From: Antedon mediterranea
Taxonomy: Eukaryota; Animalia; Echinodermata
DNA length: 64,000 nt
NCBI RefSeq assembly: GCF_964355755.1
Contig: NC_092676.1
Coordinates: forward strand, 20,602,871-20,666,870
Direction of reading: 5' to 3'
The notes under the pieces: model-generated
The model's database searches: none
What the model was told of the DNA's origin: nothing
Seen by the model: only the letters and a program-made list of their open reading frames with translations
Translations under genes and position numbers: made by a program
Shown here: positions 13,801-28,800 of the stretch, one piece after another
Layout: each line of letters opens with the position of its first letter
Numbering within the stretch: the stretch's first letter is position 1

Positions 13801-16800
13801 CAAATGTTAAAAGAAATATCTGGACTATCAGTGGAGATAAAGGTGATCGTTGGTACCTTGGGTCAACTGATTTTTCAAACTTTGACAGCGATTATTTGGT
13901 AGGTATAATTATGTTAATTGATACATAGGAACTTTAGAATGGGGCAAAGTCTGCCCCTCTCTTTTCGAAAGATGAAACGATGGCTTTTAGATTCTTTCTT
14001 ATCTAACAATACATCTGTGATTTGCTCATCTTTAACAAAGCAATAAAGGAAAGAATGCAAATGGTGTATGAGGATTATGTGTGGGATGTTTATTAGACCC
14101 GCTATGGTGCATCGTTCTGTTACATATATTGGAATACAAACAAATTAACCTTTGTAACAAGGTACTTAATGTGCATTATGTTATTTTTTCAGGTGGTGTT
14201 CGAGGCTATTAGAGGTTCTGATTACACTGGTGATATTGCTATTGATGATATTCAGTTTACTGCATACACATCATGTGCAGGTATTTCTTACAGAGAAGAT
14301 TTTTTTAGATTAAACACCTCTAAACCAAACATAAAAAATACATACTATACTCTGACATCACTGCTTGACGTGACTTCAGATTGTGGTTAATGTTATCCCA
14401 GATTTCCATTGATTGCCTAGCCTACTAATTGATAGTATTAACAAATCTTCAATATTAAATCTTCAGTCAAGATTCCTAAGCCTTAAAACACTTACAGTAC
14501 CGAAACCAATACAAATCTTCTTTTTTTTAAGCACTATTTGAATAGCATAGCAACAAAATATGACACGCGGTACTATGACATTACTTGTGTAAAACAGAAT
14601 AATATGTATTAAAACATACTAATATTATTTAAATGTAATCTTCTAGTCAATCCTGCAGATTCTGTTCCACCAACCACTAGCCCCCCAACAGTGCAGACAA
14701 CAGTATCTCCTCCAACCCAATCTCCTCCCGGCAATTATGATTGTGATTTTGAGTTGGATTTCTGCCTTTGGACGCAAGCTATTGATGATCAATTTGATTG
14801 GAGACGTGGCAGAGGTGTGACAACAAGTCCGGCGACAGGGCCACTCACTGATCATACCTTGGAAACAAGTAAAAACATTATTTTAATGATATTTGCATAC
14901 TTTGTCTGGCTGTATTACATGTATGAAATATATATATACTCTGTACAAACTGTTATATGATTCTAGATATATAATATTAACACACTTTTATTATTAACTT
15001 TTAAAATATAATATACAAATTATTTTCTTTTGCAAATCTAGATCTTGGATATTATGTGTACATTGAGGTGACTCCACAAAATGATCAGGATAAGGCTAGA
15101 TTAGAAGGACCACCCTTTTCAGGAGGAGAAAAATGCCTAAGATTCTGGTAAGTCTAAAATTGTATTTTTAAGTAGGCAATAAATTCATAGGCATCATAAT
15201 TTGATGATTTAACATATGTCTATAGATACAATGGAATTGTACTGCATGAGTTTAGAATCGTCAGTTTGGTCTGTTTATATGAAAAATGCTCAGAAAATGC
15301 AGATAATGATGGTTTCTGAATTGTTGAGAATCGTAGAAACTGCACTGTGGCCTGCATAAATGTAGGGTTCCTCATCCTTTTATTGTAAACATTATTTTAA
15401 CAACATTTTTTCATCATAAGGCATCATATGTTTGGTCAACATATTGATTCACTGAATGTTTACATCAAGAATGGAGGAACTCTAGGTCCAGCCAGATGGA
15501 CCAAGTCAGGTGGTCAAATTGATGATTGGTTTTATGGGGAGGTTTCCCTTCCTGCATCGCCATCCAACTACCAGGTACTGTGTCTGATAAAATGTATCTA
15601 TATTTTAATAAATAATGGATAATTAGTTTAAACAATGAAAATAAATATTAATTACCATATTCTCATTTCTTTCCACAATATTTATATTAAAAGAGAGAGA
15701 GTTTGTATGTTTGTTATATACAAATAATTTTTCTTACTGCACACATCTATACACTGGGGCGGGTATATTTGCTAGTTGATAATAAGTACAGTGTAAATAT
15801 GGATGACATATAATGTAAACACAAAAGACCTTTTTATGTTGAGAATTCTGATAAGGAAAGCAACTTGAAGCATCTTTCAAGTACGCTGTTTGTAATGTGA
15901 TCAAAACGTAGAGCAAGAAACCATATGATCAAATAAAGATCTTCTGAAAAGTTAGCTGTGTATTCTGGTTCTTAATGCAAAATCTGCCAATTTATTTAAT
16001 GTATCTTTTTACTTCCTTTAGGTTGTCTTTGAGGGCATTGCCAATGGCAGAGATCGTGGCGACATTGCTCTTGATGACATCAGCTTTATAGAGGAACCCT
16101 GCAAGCTACCTACTGACTGGACAACTTGCGGCTTTGAGAGCAGTGACATCTGTGGTTTTGCTCAGGATGGTACGGATGACTTTGATTGGCAGCACGTCAG
16201 TAAAGGCACAGACTCAATCGGCACTGGTCCAGATTTTGATCATACATATGGCACTGCATTTGGTGAGATTCTTTACTTAATTAAAAAAAATCTAGGAGAG
16301 AATGTCCAAAACGGTTTTACTAAAAACCAAGTGAATCTTGACTAATCGTCATCCCAAAAATCATTTACACTGTATGTTAGTGATCTACCTGTGAGTGTTT
16401 TGCTATATTTTTACTATGCTTGAACCATTAGACATTCTAAACTAATGTGGTATTTTTTTTGGACCAGAAATTTAAAAGAGGAAATATAGTACTTGTTACT
16501 GTAATATATATATAACATGTTGGTGTTTGTGTACTGTAATATAATTCATATTTTTGTCCAGGTATGTATGTATACATTGAAACATCAAGCCCTAGAAGAC
16601 CGTCTGACAAGTCCAGACTCATCAGCACCCAACGTTCTAGAGCCACCGAGTGTTGGCAATTCTGGTTCCACATGTACGGCTCAAATGCAGGCACACTCAA
16701 TGTGTATGTTAAAGACTCTTCCACATTGGACTTCCCTGTTTGGATGAGATCAGGTGATCAAGGAAACCAGTGGCTCATTGCTCAAGTGACTGTATCCCCA

Positions 16801-19800
16801 TTAGCAGCCTACCAGGTATAGTTTTATATATATTTAGGATATAAAATATAATGATTGCTGTGTAGGTGAATATCTAATGCTTATCCTCATAGAGCTGATA
16901 ACCCATTATTATTGTAAAGAATTCAGTTATTTTACATTTTTGTGATAAAATCAGCAATTGTCACACGTAGATACACATATATGTAGTTGTTCACCTAACC
17001 TTGGCCAATTCTATTCAAAAGACATTTATTTTTTTCCAAAAGACAATAAGTAAAATTTACTTTCATGTGAGCCAAATTTTATTTCAGCTTGTGTTTGAGG
17101 GTGTGGTAGGAGTCAGCTTTGACAGTGACATTGCTCTTGATGACCTGACCGTGACCCAAGGAGCATGCCCTGAAGCAGGAGAATGCAACTTTGAAAATGG
17201 TTTCTGCACATGGACTAATCTAGCTCAGAACGATGATTTTGATTGGCTGCTAGGACAGGGTAAAACGCCAAGTGGATTCTCTGGACCATCTACAGATCAA
17301 ACTTTAGGAACCGATGCAGGTACAGTCTTTACTACTAGAGTATATACATACATCTCCTTATATAGCTTAGCACAATTAATTTTCTGGTATAGGAAAATAG
17401 TAACAGTGTTGAGTGTTTATGGAATTTCTTAATTCTTATTCTTCTAGGTACATATGTGTTTCTTGACTCTTCTGCAAACCAACAAAATGATGTCGGAGTA
17501 CTTTACAGCATTCAGTTTGATCCAACCAGCTCTTCAAGTCGCTGCATGAACTTCTGGTATCATATGTATGGATCTGGCGTTGCTTCCCTCTCTATCGGTC
17601 TTTATGTAGGCCCCGACCCGACAGCCATCACCAGAAGTCTGTGGATATTGTCAGGCGATCAAGGAAATCAGTGGCAATTTGGTGCCTTCTCATTTAAGAG
17701 CTCTGTTACTTATAAGGTAAAATTATGAATATTCTGTAATTAAACTTGTTTAGCTTGGAAAATAAATTCATTATTAACTATCCAACTCAGACTAGTACAA
17801 TACAAAACTTTCTTTTAATGTTTTAGCAATTAAAAGATGAGGAAGTTATGAGGCCTCCTAGACTTTTTATTATATTTTAAAACAAATATATAATTCATGT
17901 AACCTAATACACATGATCACATAATTACTTGTTAGTCGTCCTCATTATTGAGTACATCAGGTCATCATTAACAAATTTCAGTTGTCATATGCCTTTGTGT
18001 GAGAGAAAGACAAATTGATGTGCTTCATATATTTTTTTAATATCTCTTTCATCATTTTACTTATTCAATTATATTTCCAGCTTGCTATCACTGCAATACA
18101 AGGTACATTAGGTGTAGGTGATATAGCCCTTGATGACATCACATTCTCATCAGGTGTGTGTAGCATTAGTCCATCAAATGCCATTGGTGCACCAGTAACT
18201 GCAGCCCCATCCTCTGCCTCAGCTGGACCAACTACACCATATGGTAAGTTACTATAAAACAAATGTGTAAAAGTAAAGAATTGTTAGCAGGCTCAGCAAT
18301 GCTAGTAAATTTTTTTTTAATGTTAATTGGATAACGAAAATTGCATTGCATGTTGCCAGCAATATTATTTTATTGGGTAAATGATGATCATTTAATTAAT
18401 CTTGTTACTTATTCTTAGTACAACCTGCATGGGACTGTACATTTGACAGTAACGAACATTGCCGTGTGTGTTGCCAGCAATATTATTTCATTGGATAAAT
18501 GATGATCATTTAATTAATCTTGTTACTTATTCTTAGTACCATCTGCATGGGACTGTACATTTGATAATAATGAACATTGCCGGGTGTGTTGTCAGCAATG
18601 TCATTTTATTGGATAAATGATGATCATTTTATTAATCTTGTTACTTATTCTTAGTACCATCTGCATGGGACTGTACATTTGATCAAGGGTTCTGCACATG
18701 GACACAAGCATCCGATGACCAGTTTGACTGGATGAGAGCAACAGGTCCAACTGGAACTGACCTTACAGGACCACATGGTGACCACACTAGTGGTAAGTGG
18801 GATTGATAACCATACTTGAACTTGAAGAAACTTGTTTTAATTGAAAAAGAAAAAGCGAAAACATTTGTTTATATATAACTAACACTATGATGAAGGAATA
18901 GTGTTGCCCGAAAGCTCTGCTAACTTTTCTGGCTGTTTTACTTTATTGTTTTGATTTAGCTTTTCGCTTTTTTTTGTATCTCCATTGAGATCCAGGCACT
19001 GATACCTATAGCATTGTCATTTTTTCAGTAATTTGCCTTTGGATTATATAACTAACACTACATATACTGTATTGTCATTGCCATTGTTTTTCGTTTTTTT
19101 TTAAATGTTTAATGATACTAGAGTTGTTTTATTCTGTGGATTGTATGAAATTATAGTTTAATTTAATTATTTCAGAATGGTCACCCTTAAAATAATGGAT
19201 GCACTTCCTACTAAATTGTATTCACCTTAACATAATTTTGTAAAGCTAAATACACCTGCTAAATGTGTCCTCAGTGACGTAACGGTTATAAGTGTTCACT
19301 GGCTAAACTAAACCCATTACACCGCTGTGTGTCCTTCTTTTCATAGGATCTGGATGGTATAGTTACATTGAAACCAGCAGTCCTCGCATGCCAAACGATG
19401 CAGCCAGACTAGAAAGTTCCATAATACCAGTAGATGATGGTCACTGTCTTCGATTCTGGTATCACATGTATGGCACGCATGTGAAGATACTGAATGTGTA
19501 CACAAAGATTGGTGTCTCACTTGGTGATGTTGTATGGGTTAGAGAAGGGACAAACCTTAATAAATGGATATATGCAGAAATTAATTTAAAACCATCAAGT
19601 AACTTCAGGGTAGGTTTCTGTTGAGTAGTTCCATTAATTAAAATTATGATTTATATACTTCTTTGTTTAAAGTAAAACACATCGTTTTGCTTCAAAACAA
19701 AAACACAAAGCAATAGATATCAACAACTCCATTGTTCTTGATTTGATAGAATGCTTAGGTTGATCAGGGAGTTGTATAATAATAATAATATAATATAATA

Positions 19801-22800
19801 ATACCACATTTATATAGCGCCCTTTTCATGAGTAATCATGCTCAAAGGCGCTTTACAAGCATTATTACCCCAGTATTTTTTGGGATCAAACACGTATGGA
19901 AACATACTCCCATATGCAGCCGGTAAACAGCGCAAAGTTGTGTCTAGATCTAACTGGGTACCCATTTATACACCTGGGTTGATATCTCAGTAATTGGCTA
20001 GTGAATAATATCATGGAGCTAAAAAATCTAATTTTATAGCTCCATGATAATACTAAGTAAACAATATTATTACTATTGAGTTTTATAACAACTGGGAAAT
20101 ACAAACAATTATGATCAATATGGTTACAGTAAAGTAGTCTGCTATGTCACTGTATTTTTTAGCATTGTCTATATTTTAACTAGATTGTATTTGAGGGTGT
20201 GCGTGGTACTGATAATCGTGGCGACATTGCTATTGATGATGTCACAGTCAAAGTTGGAATATGCCTACCACCACAAGGTAATGTTGGAATTTAACGTGTG
20301 ACCTACACATCATTACTTTGTACAGTATTTTGTAAGCATTTGGTAGCAATAACAGGTGAACTTGTTACATATTATTACACATATGGGTAATCACACTAAC
20401 CCATTATATGAAAAAAATATGTTGATTATTTTCAGGGGAATATTGTGACTTTGAGTTGGCCGGCCACGATTGTGGGTTCACGCAAGATACAGCAGATGAT
20501 TTTAATTGGCGACAAATAACAGGAACCAGCGGCACTCCAGGCACGGGTCCATCTGTTGATCATACATTAGGGACTAAATATGGTAATTACATTTTATAAG
20601 CAACATTGATAATAACAGGTGGGGAAACAGAACGATAGAGTAGGAATAAGACATGGAGGTATTTATTCCGCCATAGAATATAGTAATTCGTAGGAAAAAT
20701 AGTTTTTCCTTCTTAAACAAATTGGTAAATGTGAATAATAGAATTCGCTTATGCTTAAGCTCAAAATATATTTAGCTTCCAAATCTCCCATTTCATTTCC
20801 ATGTCAGGTTGGGCAAATTTTCAAATTTTTAAAAGGAGCTTACTGTTTTTTATATCCTAATCAGGTGGTTACTATTTCACTGATGCCTCAGCGCCACGTA
20901 AGCTTGGTGACAAAGCTCGTCTGATTAGCGAGACCCGACAAGCATCCACCGGCTCATGTGCAGAGTTCTACTACAACATGAATGGAGCTGATATGGGAAC
21001 ACTGAATGTATATGTGCAACCTTCGGGCATCACTGGTCAGAAACAGTTGCTGTGGACATTAAGTGGTGACCAGGGTGATGTATGGCACACAGCACAGGTC
21101 ACGGCTACCTACAGTTCAAACTTTCAGGTAAGCCTAGGTTAAGAATTCAATTTTAACTAGGGTGCGTTTTGCATATTTTCAGTGTTTATAAGACTAGATC
21201 AAAACCTATCATTTTCAGTGATTTATTGATCATTAATCATCAGGCTGTCGTCATCCATTGTTGGTTGAAGCCCTCCTCCAGCAATTTCCATTTTCTTCTG
21301 TCAAATGCCATTCTCGTCTAGGTTGCCGCGTTTGTGTATTTGATGATCTCATCTCTCCATCTTCTTCTTTTGTCTCCCTCTCCTTCTTTTACCCTTGGTT
21401 ACCATTCTGTGAACATCTTGGTCTATCTATTATCTTGAGTTCTTTTTATGTGTCCTTCCCATCACCATTTAATTTCTTTCACCTGGAATGCTGACAGGTT
21501 TATATCGATGACATTGATATTATTATATTTATTTTATATTGATAATGTATCTTAAATTATTTTTTTTTTATTTTAAAGATTGTTTGGGAAGGAGTGATTG
21601 GAACTGGCAGCAAAGGTGATATTGCAATTGATGATATCTCAGTCAGAGATGGTGCTTGTTCTCCACCTGGCGATTGCAACTTTGAGAATGGACTCTGTAC
21701 TTGGATGAACACTGCTAATGGAGATGATTTTGATTGGCTGAGTGGTCAGGGCGTTGATGCTGGTAAACTTACAGGACCAATTGATGACCACACAAGAGGA
21801 GATGACCAGGGTACTTATAATACACACATTGGTTTAACTCTTGTTACAAACATCAGATTTCTAATAATATTTAATAATGCTTTGTGTTGGTCAGTGCCAA
21901 GGGTCTTTAAAAAAAATAGATGACTGTGTTGATAAAGACTCTTTAATATTATTGTTACCACACTTCTTAATTACACTTTAAAAAAAAATTAGGTTACTAC
22001 ATGTTTATCGAGATGTCCAATCCTAGAATTCCTGGTGACAAGGCATGGCTTGTTAGTCAAAACCTACAATCTCCTGGAGTTTCTGGTAAATGTATGGAGT
22101 TTTGGTAAGTTCTATCAATCATAAATTATATATGTAGTTTCCGATTAGATTAGTTAGGCCTAATTTCATTTTGTACGGTATAAGCTACAATTACATGATA
22201 TTTTTTCAAATTAATTTTTTATTTTGACATGCATGAGAGGGTGGATATTTGGGAAATAACATGTTCTTTTTCTTTTTACAGGTTCCACTTGTATGGGTCC
22301 AACATGGGTACCCTTAGTGTTTATGTAGATGCTGGCTCAGGTAAAGTCTTACTGTGGCAACTGTACTCTGATTTTGGAAATAGCTGGGTTTCTGCTCAAC
22401 TTCCAATAACAAGTTTGAATACATTTGTCGTAAGTACTGTAGAAAGTTATTATATAACAATTATCAGTATTCTCTCATATCAAAGTTAATAATGTTACCG
22501 CTGTCTGCAACAATTTACTTTTATTTTTTATCAATACGAATATCCTCATAGTTAAATACTTTATAGCTGACCTTTACAACACAACAACTTTCAAACATAA
22601 AGATAAATGAAAAGGTAATATTTTTTTTTCTAATTTGTTATAAAGTATTGTTGTACTAGAAAATAATTTCAAGATTTTTCTTTGCTTTTCAGGTATATTT
22701 TGAAGCAGTTCGAGGTTCAAACCACCTGGGAGATATGGCGATTGATGACATTACATTTGCTACAGGATCATGTTCTGTTCAGCCACCTTCTGCTGACCCA

Positions 22801-25800
22801 AATGTTGGCCCAACAGCGCCACCTGTCACTGCAAGACCAACAACTGCACGTCCAATTGTGACACTCACTACTCCAAGTAAGTAACCTTTAATACATAAGC
22901 ATACACATTAAAATTATTGCATCATATTGAATATATTAACAACGACATCATTATGTCTTATTGCTTTGAATAGTTCCAACCCAATGGAACTGTAACTTTG
23001 AGTTTGATCTTTGCTCATGGAGCCAAGCTACTGACGATGAATTTGATTGGACAAGAGCACAAGGACCTACATCAACTACTAGCAGTGGACCAATCAATGA
23101 CCACACAAAAGGAACAAGTAAGTTTTCCATACTGATTACTTCTTGAATAAAGATTATGGAGTATTATGTTTATTATTGAGAGAATAATTTCAGGAGTTCA
23201 AAGACTGCTGATATATTCAACAAGCTGAGGTCAGTTAAAAAAAATGTATACTTATTACTCTTTATGTATTTTTAGGTGCTGGATATTACATGTACACAGA
23301 GGCATCCAGTCCACGCTTACCAGGAGACAAAGCTAGGTTCATGAGTGCTGACATTCCATCATCTCCGATTAAATGTGTTGATTTCTGGTTCCACATGTAT
23401 GGCTCCAACATCGATTCTCTCAATTTGTATGTTCAGACTGGTGGTACCTTAGGCAGTGCTCAGTGGAGTAGGCAGGGTACTCGTTCCAACAGTTGGATTT
23501 ATGGACAGTATGAGTTAGTCTCAACATCAACTTCAAAGGTTGGAACTGTTATTTTTCTGTAAACCATTATTAAAACGCTTAAAATACATACAAATTCACA
23601 ATATTACTTAATATAAAGTTTGCGGTACACCACGTATATTAGTTCTAAAAATAATTGTTGAGTTTCTTGACGTTTCGATCAATATGCTTTGATCACCTCA
23701 GGATTTGATCACCGCCATGCAAACCTTCAAACAATATATAATATTACTTAAGCTACTCAAATAGAAGTATATCCCATCTTCAGGATATCCCAAAATTCTT
23801 GTCAAACAATTATTGGTTGCGTATCTTTCTTGTCAATACAGTGATATTGTAAAATTAACTGCTAATTTTTGTATTTCCAGATTGTGTTTGAGGGTGTTAT
23901 TGGCTCCAGCTACAATGGTGATATAGCGCTTGATGATATCAGAATATATGAAGGATCTTGTCCAGGTAAGTTATAGTTTCCAAAGTACTGTATATGTATG
24001 GTCTGATGCTATAAGCAAGAAGTTGTGGGTTTGAATCCCACCCTTAGTGATGTACTATACAGATACTTTAGTCTATAACCAGTAGCTAACAATGTGCATT
24101 CCAACTGAAAAAATTTACTGCATTACTATTATTACTAGTTTGGTTCTTTTTTTTGTACTTGTATAGAGACATGCTATCCATAGGTGTACATGCATTACAA
24201 CATATCTTGACTTTAATCCACATTGTTCCTTCTCATAGGCTTCTTAACATGTGATTTTGAAGATGTAAATCTGTGTGGCTATGTCCAAGATCAAAATGAT
24301 GTCTTTGATTGGACAAGAAAGACTGGGTCAACTGGTACTACAAACACTGGACCTCCTACAGATGTCACCTATGGTACAGGTTACGGTAAGGCATAGAAAG
24401 ATGGTATAGTATTTAGGGCTTTTCATAGAGATAAATGATTGAAACACCATTTTATGACACCTTTTTAACTACAAAGATTGAGATTTCAGACAAGCATTAA
24501 ACCCTTGTATTAAGAAACATACGTTGTATCTGTCATATTTAAAAAATCCCGTTTTCTTTTGTAGGTAACTACTTGTACATCGAAACATCCTCACCTCGAA
24601 AGATGGGTGATTTAGCCAGACTCTTTTCAACAACTCACACCTTTGAATCAAACAAACCCACCCAATGTTGGCATTTCTATTATCATATGTTTGGTGTAAA
24701 CATGGGAACTCTTAATTTTGGATACAGAGTAAGTAATAACAGAACAGATTCATCTAATTCATAGTCTACTTTTGTTTTTTGTTTGTTTCTGGGTTACCTC
24801 CTCGGTACATTAGAGTTCACCCAGATCAGCCAGTGTACAGGAAATGATCAGTAAACTACTCTTTTCAAATTGTACACCAAGATATTTATCATTTATGTAA
24901 ACAGCGTATTAACACTGAACCAACTGCTTTACATCCCATCCAAAGGATTAAGTAAAGAGTAAAGTATCTTGCCTAAGGATACAAGAAATATGTGACGGAC
25001 AGGTCTTAAACCCATGCCTCATGTATCCAATTTCATTACCATTATACTATAAAACTCTCTGAGATGTCTTTATAAATGTCTTTACTGCACCCAGCATTCC
25101 TAGGTGGCCTCCAATCCAACCTAATTTCTTCAACATTTTTTTAGGTAAATGGTAACAATCAAGTGTTATGGACTCGATCAGGTGATTATGGTGATCGCTG
25201 GATTCAAGGCGTAGTAGAGATTTCCAGTAGTCAGAACTATGAGATATTTTTAGAAGGAATCCGTGGTAATGGAATCAGAAGTGATATTTCTATTGATGAG
25301 ATATCATATGTTGATGGAAAATGCCCTGGTGCAGGTAAAAATAATATCTAATTGTACTATAAGTTTTTTTTTTTCTATTTATGTGAAACCTTTATGAAAA
25401 AGAAAATACAATAGTCCAGTTGTACCATATACAGTATAAGCATCTTCCATGCCATGAAGAATAATTTAATTTATAATACATGATTTGTTTTAGGGGAATG
25501 TAACTTTGAAAATGGTTACTGCTTGTATTACAATTCTCTGGATGATGAATTTGATTGGTTGAGAGGTCAAGGGTCAACAACTAGTGCTTCTACCGGTCCT
25601 AATACTGACCACACCGTAGGGGATGGAACAGGTAAGACATGTCTATATTACTGTTCACAGAATTTGATTGGGTACCCCTAAAATCATCAGCAATGAGACA
25701 ACGATAATGACTTTGTTATTCCTTAGGCTACTACATGTTCATTGAGACATCTAGTCCTCAGGCAACTGGAGACAGTGCACGCTTAGTCAGTGAGATCTTT

Positions 25801-28800
25801 GATGCTACTTCTGGCAAGTGTGTTACCTTCTGGTATCATATGTTTGGTTTGGACATTGGCTATCTTAATATCTATGTTGCGGAGTACAACGGTACAAATG
25901 AGGTTAAATCATGGTCCTTGTATGGACAGCAAAGTACAGATCAGGACTTATGGTTGAGCGGTCAGCTTGGTATTGTCTCACCATTCAAGTGGATTGTAAG
26001 TTGATTAATTATTATAAATAACACTAGTTATTATGCCTAATAATTGTGATACATTATATTGATTTTATATATGCTTGCAAGTCTTGGTGTGGCATGCTTT
26101 AAGAACGACAGTAGTCCTCCAAACTCTTTAAGCAATAATTGATTGTCTATATGTATAATTACAGTATTTAGAATAACTAAGAAAATTAATTCTGCAAAAA
26201 TTCATTAAAGATGAAAAAGAGCTTTTCTTCTGAGAAAACACCTAATTTTTCTGAAATGTTCTGTAGGTTATATTTGAGGGCATCAAAGGCTCTGACTTCC
26301 GTGGTGACATCGCTATTGATGATGTTGTTTTCCTTGACAACGATTGCCAAAGTAAGTTTTCAATCTCATATTAAATATACATTGAACTGTAATTTCATTA
26401 AAACGTTGATATATTATATATAATTTGTCCATCTTTCTCTATCAGTTCAACCAGCAATAGCAGATCCAGCTAATTCAATCAATGCTGACATCATTTGTGA
26501 CTTTGAAGTTAACTTTTGCGGTTGGAAGCAGGAAACACTTAAAGATGACTTTGATTGGACAAGAACAAATATTGAAACGCCATCTTTAGGTTCAGGTCCA
26601 GGATCAGATCACACTACAGGAAATGGTAATAAATGTTGTATTTGCTTTGAAAACTATGAATGACTTACTTTTAAGGAATTAAATTTCACTTAAACTTATA
26701 GTACTTAATTGTTTAAAGTTAAATTGATGTTCACAAAATATAATACAGGTATTATTATTTTATCTGAAAAAATGTTCCCTTAACTCAAAGTTTTATGATT
26801 TTTTTCTCCTAGGCTACTACTTGTACACCGAAGCATCAAGTCGAACAAAAGGAGATACAGCCTGGATCCTCTCATCTACCAGAGGTCCAACTCCTAATGA
26901 TGGTAACTGCTTTAGCTTTTGGTACCACATGTATGGTGCCACCGTTGGAAGGCTTCAAGTATTTACTCAAAAGATACACGATCAGACTTTATCAAAGAGA
27001 TTTTTGAGGTTTGGAACACAGGGAAATGAGTGGTTATTTGGTCAATTTACTATTATTAGTGATGTTGACTTTTTGGTAAGCTAATGCTTAAGCTCTGTCT
27101 ACACTATCAAACTTTATGTGACAAAAAAATTTGATGTGCCCATATATGGAATTGATGATGTCATACCACTACGGTATTTGAGCATATCACTACCATATTA
27201 GGCACATCACATTTTTATTTGTTAAACTAGTTTAATAGTGTAGACAGAGCTTTAGATATGTATTATTTGAATGAAATAACAAGTCTTCATTCAATTTTTA
27301 AGAAGCCTTTTGAGAAGAACAACAAGTTGCAGTATTAATTAATTAATTTCCTTTGAACATTAATTGATGAACAATCATTTAGCATTGTACCAATACCAAC
27401 TTTTAGAACAAGGAAATTGTTTGCATTGACCTCTGACATTGTTAAGAAAGAGATTATTTTATTTCTTCTGTCTATTTGTACTTTTAATCCATTTGATGAT
27501 TAATTATTATAAGCTACAGTTTGTACTCTCTTTATTAATTTGTTATAGATTTTGGTCGAGGGTGTTATTGGTAGTAGCTTTGAGAGTGACATGGCAGTGG
27601 ATGACTTTAACTACACCTTGGGAGCTTGTCCACCAGCAAGTAAGATACATGTCAATTCATATTACAGTTTAAAGGCAAATTACTGAAAAAATCTCGATCT
27701 CAATGGAGATACAAAATAAAATAAGCAAAAAGCTAAATCAAAACAATAAATTAAGACAGCCAGAAAAGTTTGCAGAGCTTTCGGGCAACACTTCCCTTCA
27801 TTTGAAAGTGAGAGTAGGGGAGATAGGGGCTAAAAGTCACGAATTCATTCTAATCTCCTCTAAATATTAAGTTTTAGGCTAAATTAACTTAGTTTGTACC
27901 TTCAAATATAGCCTAGGGTATGGTCTATATAAGGGGACCATTGATTGTAAAAATACTCTTGACCGTGACCCAGGGGAGCACTTTTTCCCCAATGGGTCAG
28001 ATGTGACAACTTGCCCCGTACATGGGGCAAGTTGTCACATGCAGTGGGGCACTTTGTCACATCGTTAAAAATAAGACAATATGCATGAAAGATCTGCTTA
28101 AAACTTATTTATTTATAGAAAGTGTGTTTATACATAAGTTAGTGAGTTTAGATGATGAATAATGTATTAAAAACAATATTAATAAGTATTAAAGTATGTT
28201 GTAATCGATATAGGTCTATTTATAGTCCTGTTGTAGAGAGTTCGCAATACATTTATCTACAATGTCACTTTAAATAAAATCTAGCTAGCAACATAATTCA
28301 CATGTGAAGTCTGCATCTGATTCATTGATACCAGCACAATCTTCATGAGCCTATTCTTCACAGACAGAGAACATGATCCAGATTCCTCCTGAAACTGACA
28401 CGGAATAATCTTCTTTGCAGTACAAACACATCCAATTTCTTTCTTGTGCACTTTATCTTTTGAGCTAGGTTTATTCTTCTTCTTTGGTTCTGATGTTCAT
28501 CTAAAACTTTTTTTTACGCTTTTAATTGCGTACCATATGAATAAAATAGAAAAAATAATATAAACATTGTGTTTTCTCGATTATTAGGGGTCCCTATATC
28601 CAATTGACAAGAAAACAAAAAGCAAGAATAGGCCTCTAGCAGTTTATTTATTTATATGACAGTAATAGAGGCCTAAAATAGTAAATAGTCTGTAAGAGAG
28701 TGTATATGACTAGGGAACGTTTCTTAGGCCGTAGGACTGGGATAGATAAAACACTAAAATAAAATGTTTAGGGGCAAGTTGTCACAGGTTGTGACAACTT

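Noticed and set aside
18333-18684. CRISPR-like array (also considered for the MITE internal repeats)
   Set aside because: Eukaryotic intron context, whole units repeat without unique spacers, and there are no cas genes.
23995-24050. tRNA gene (gtgggtttgaatcccac T-arm); similar signal at ~31670-31725
   Set aside because: No complete cloverleaf; most likely decayed SINE heads.
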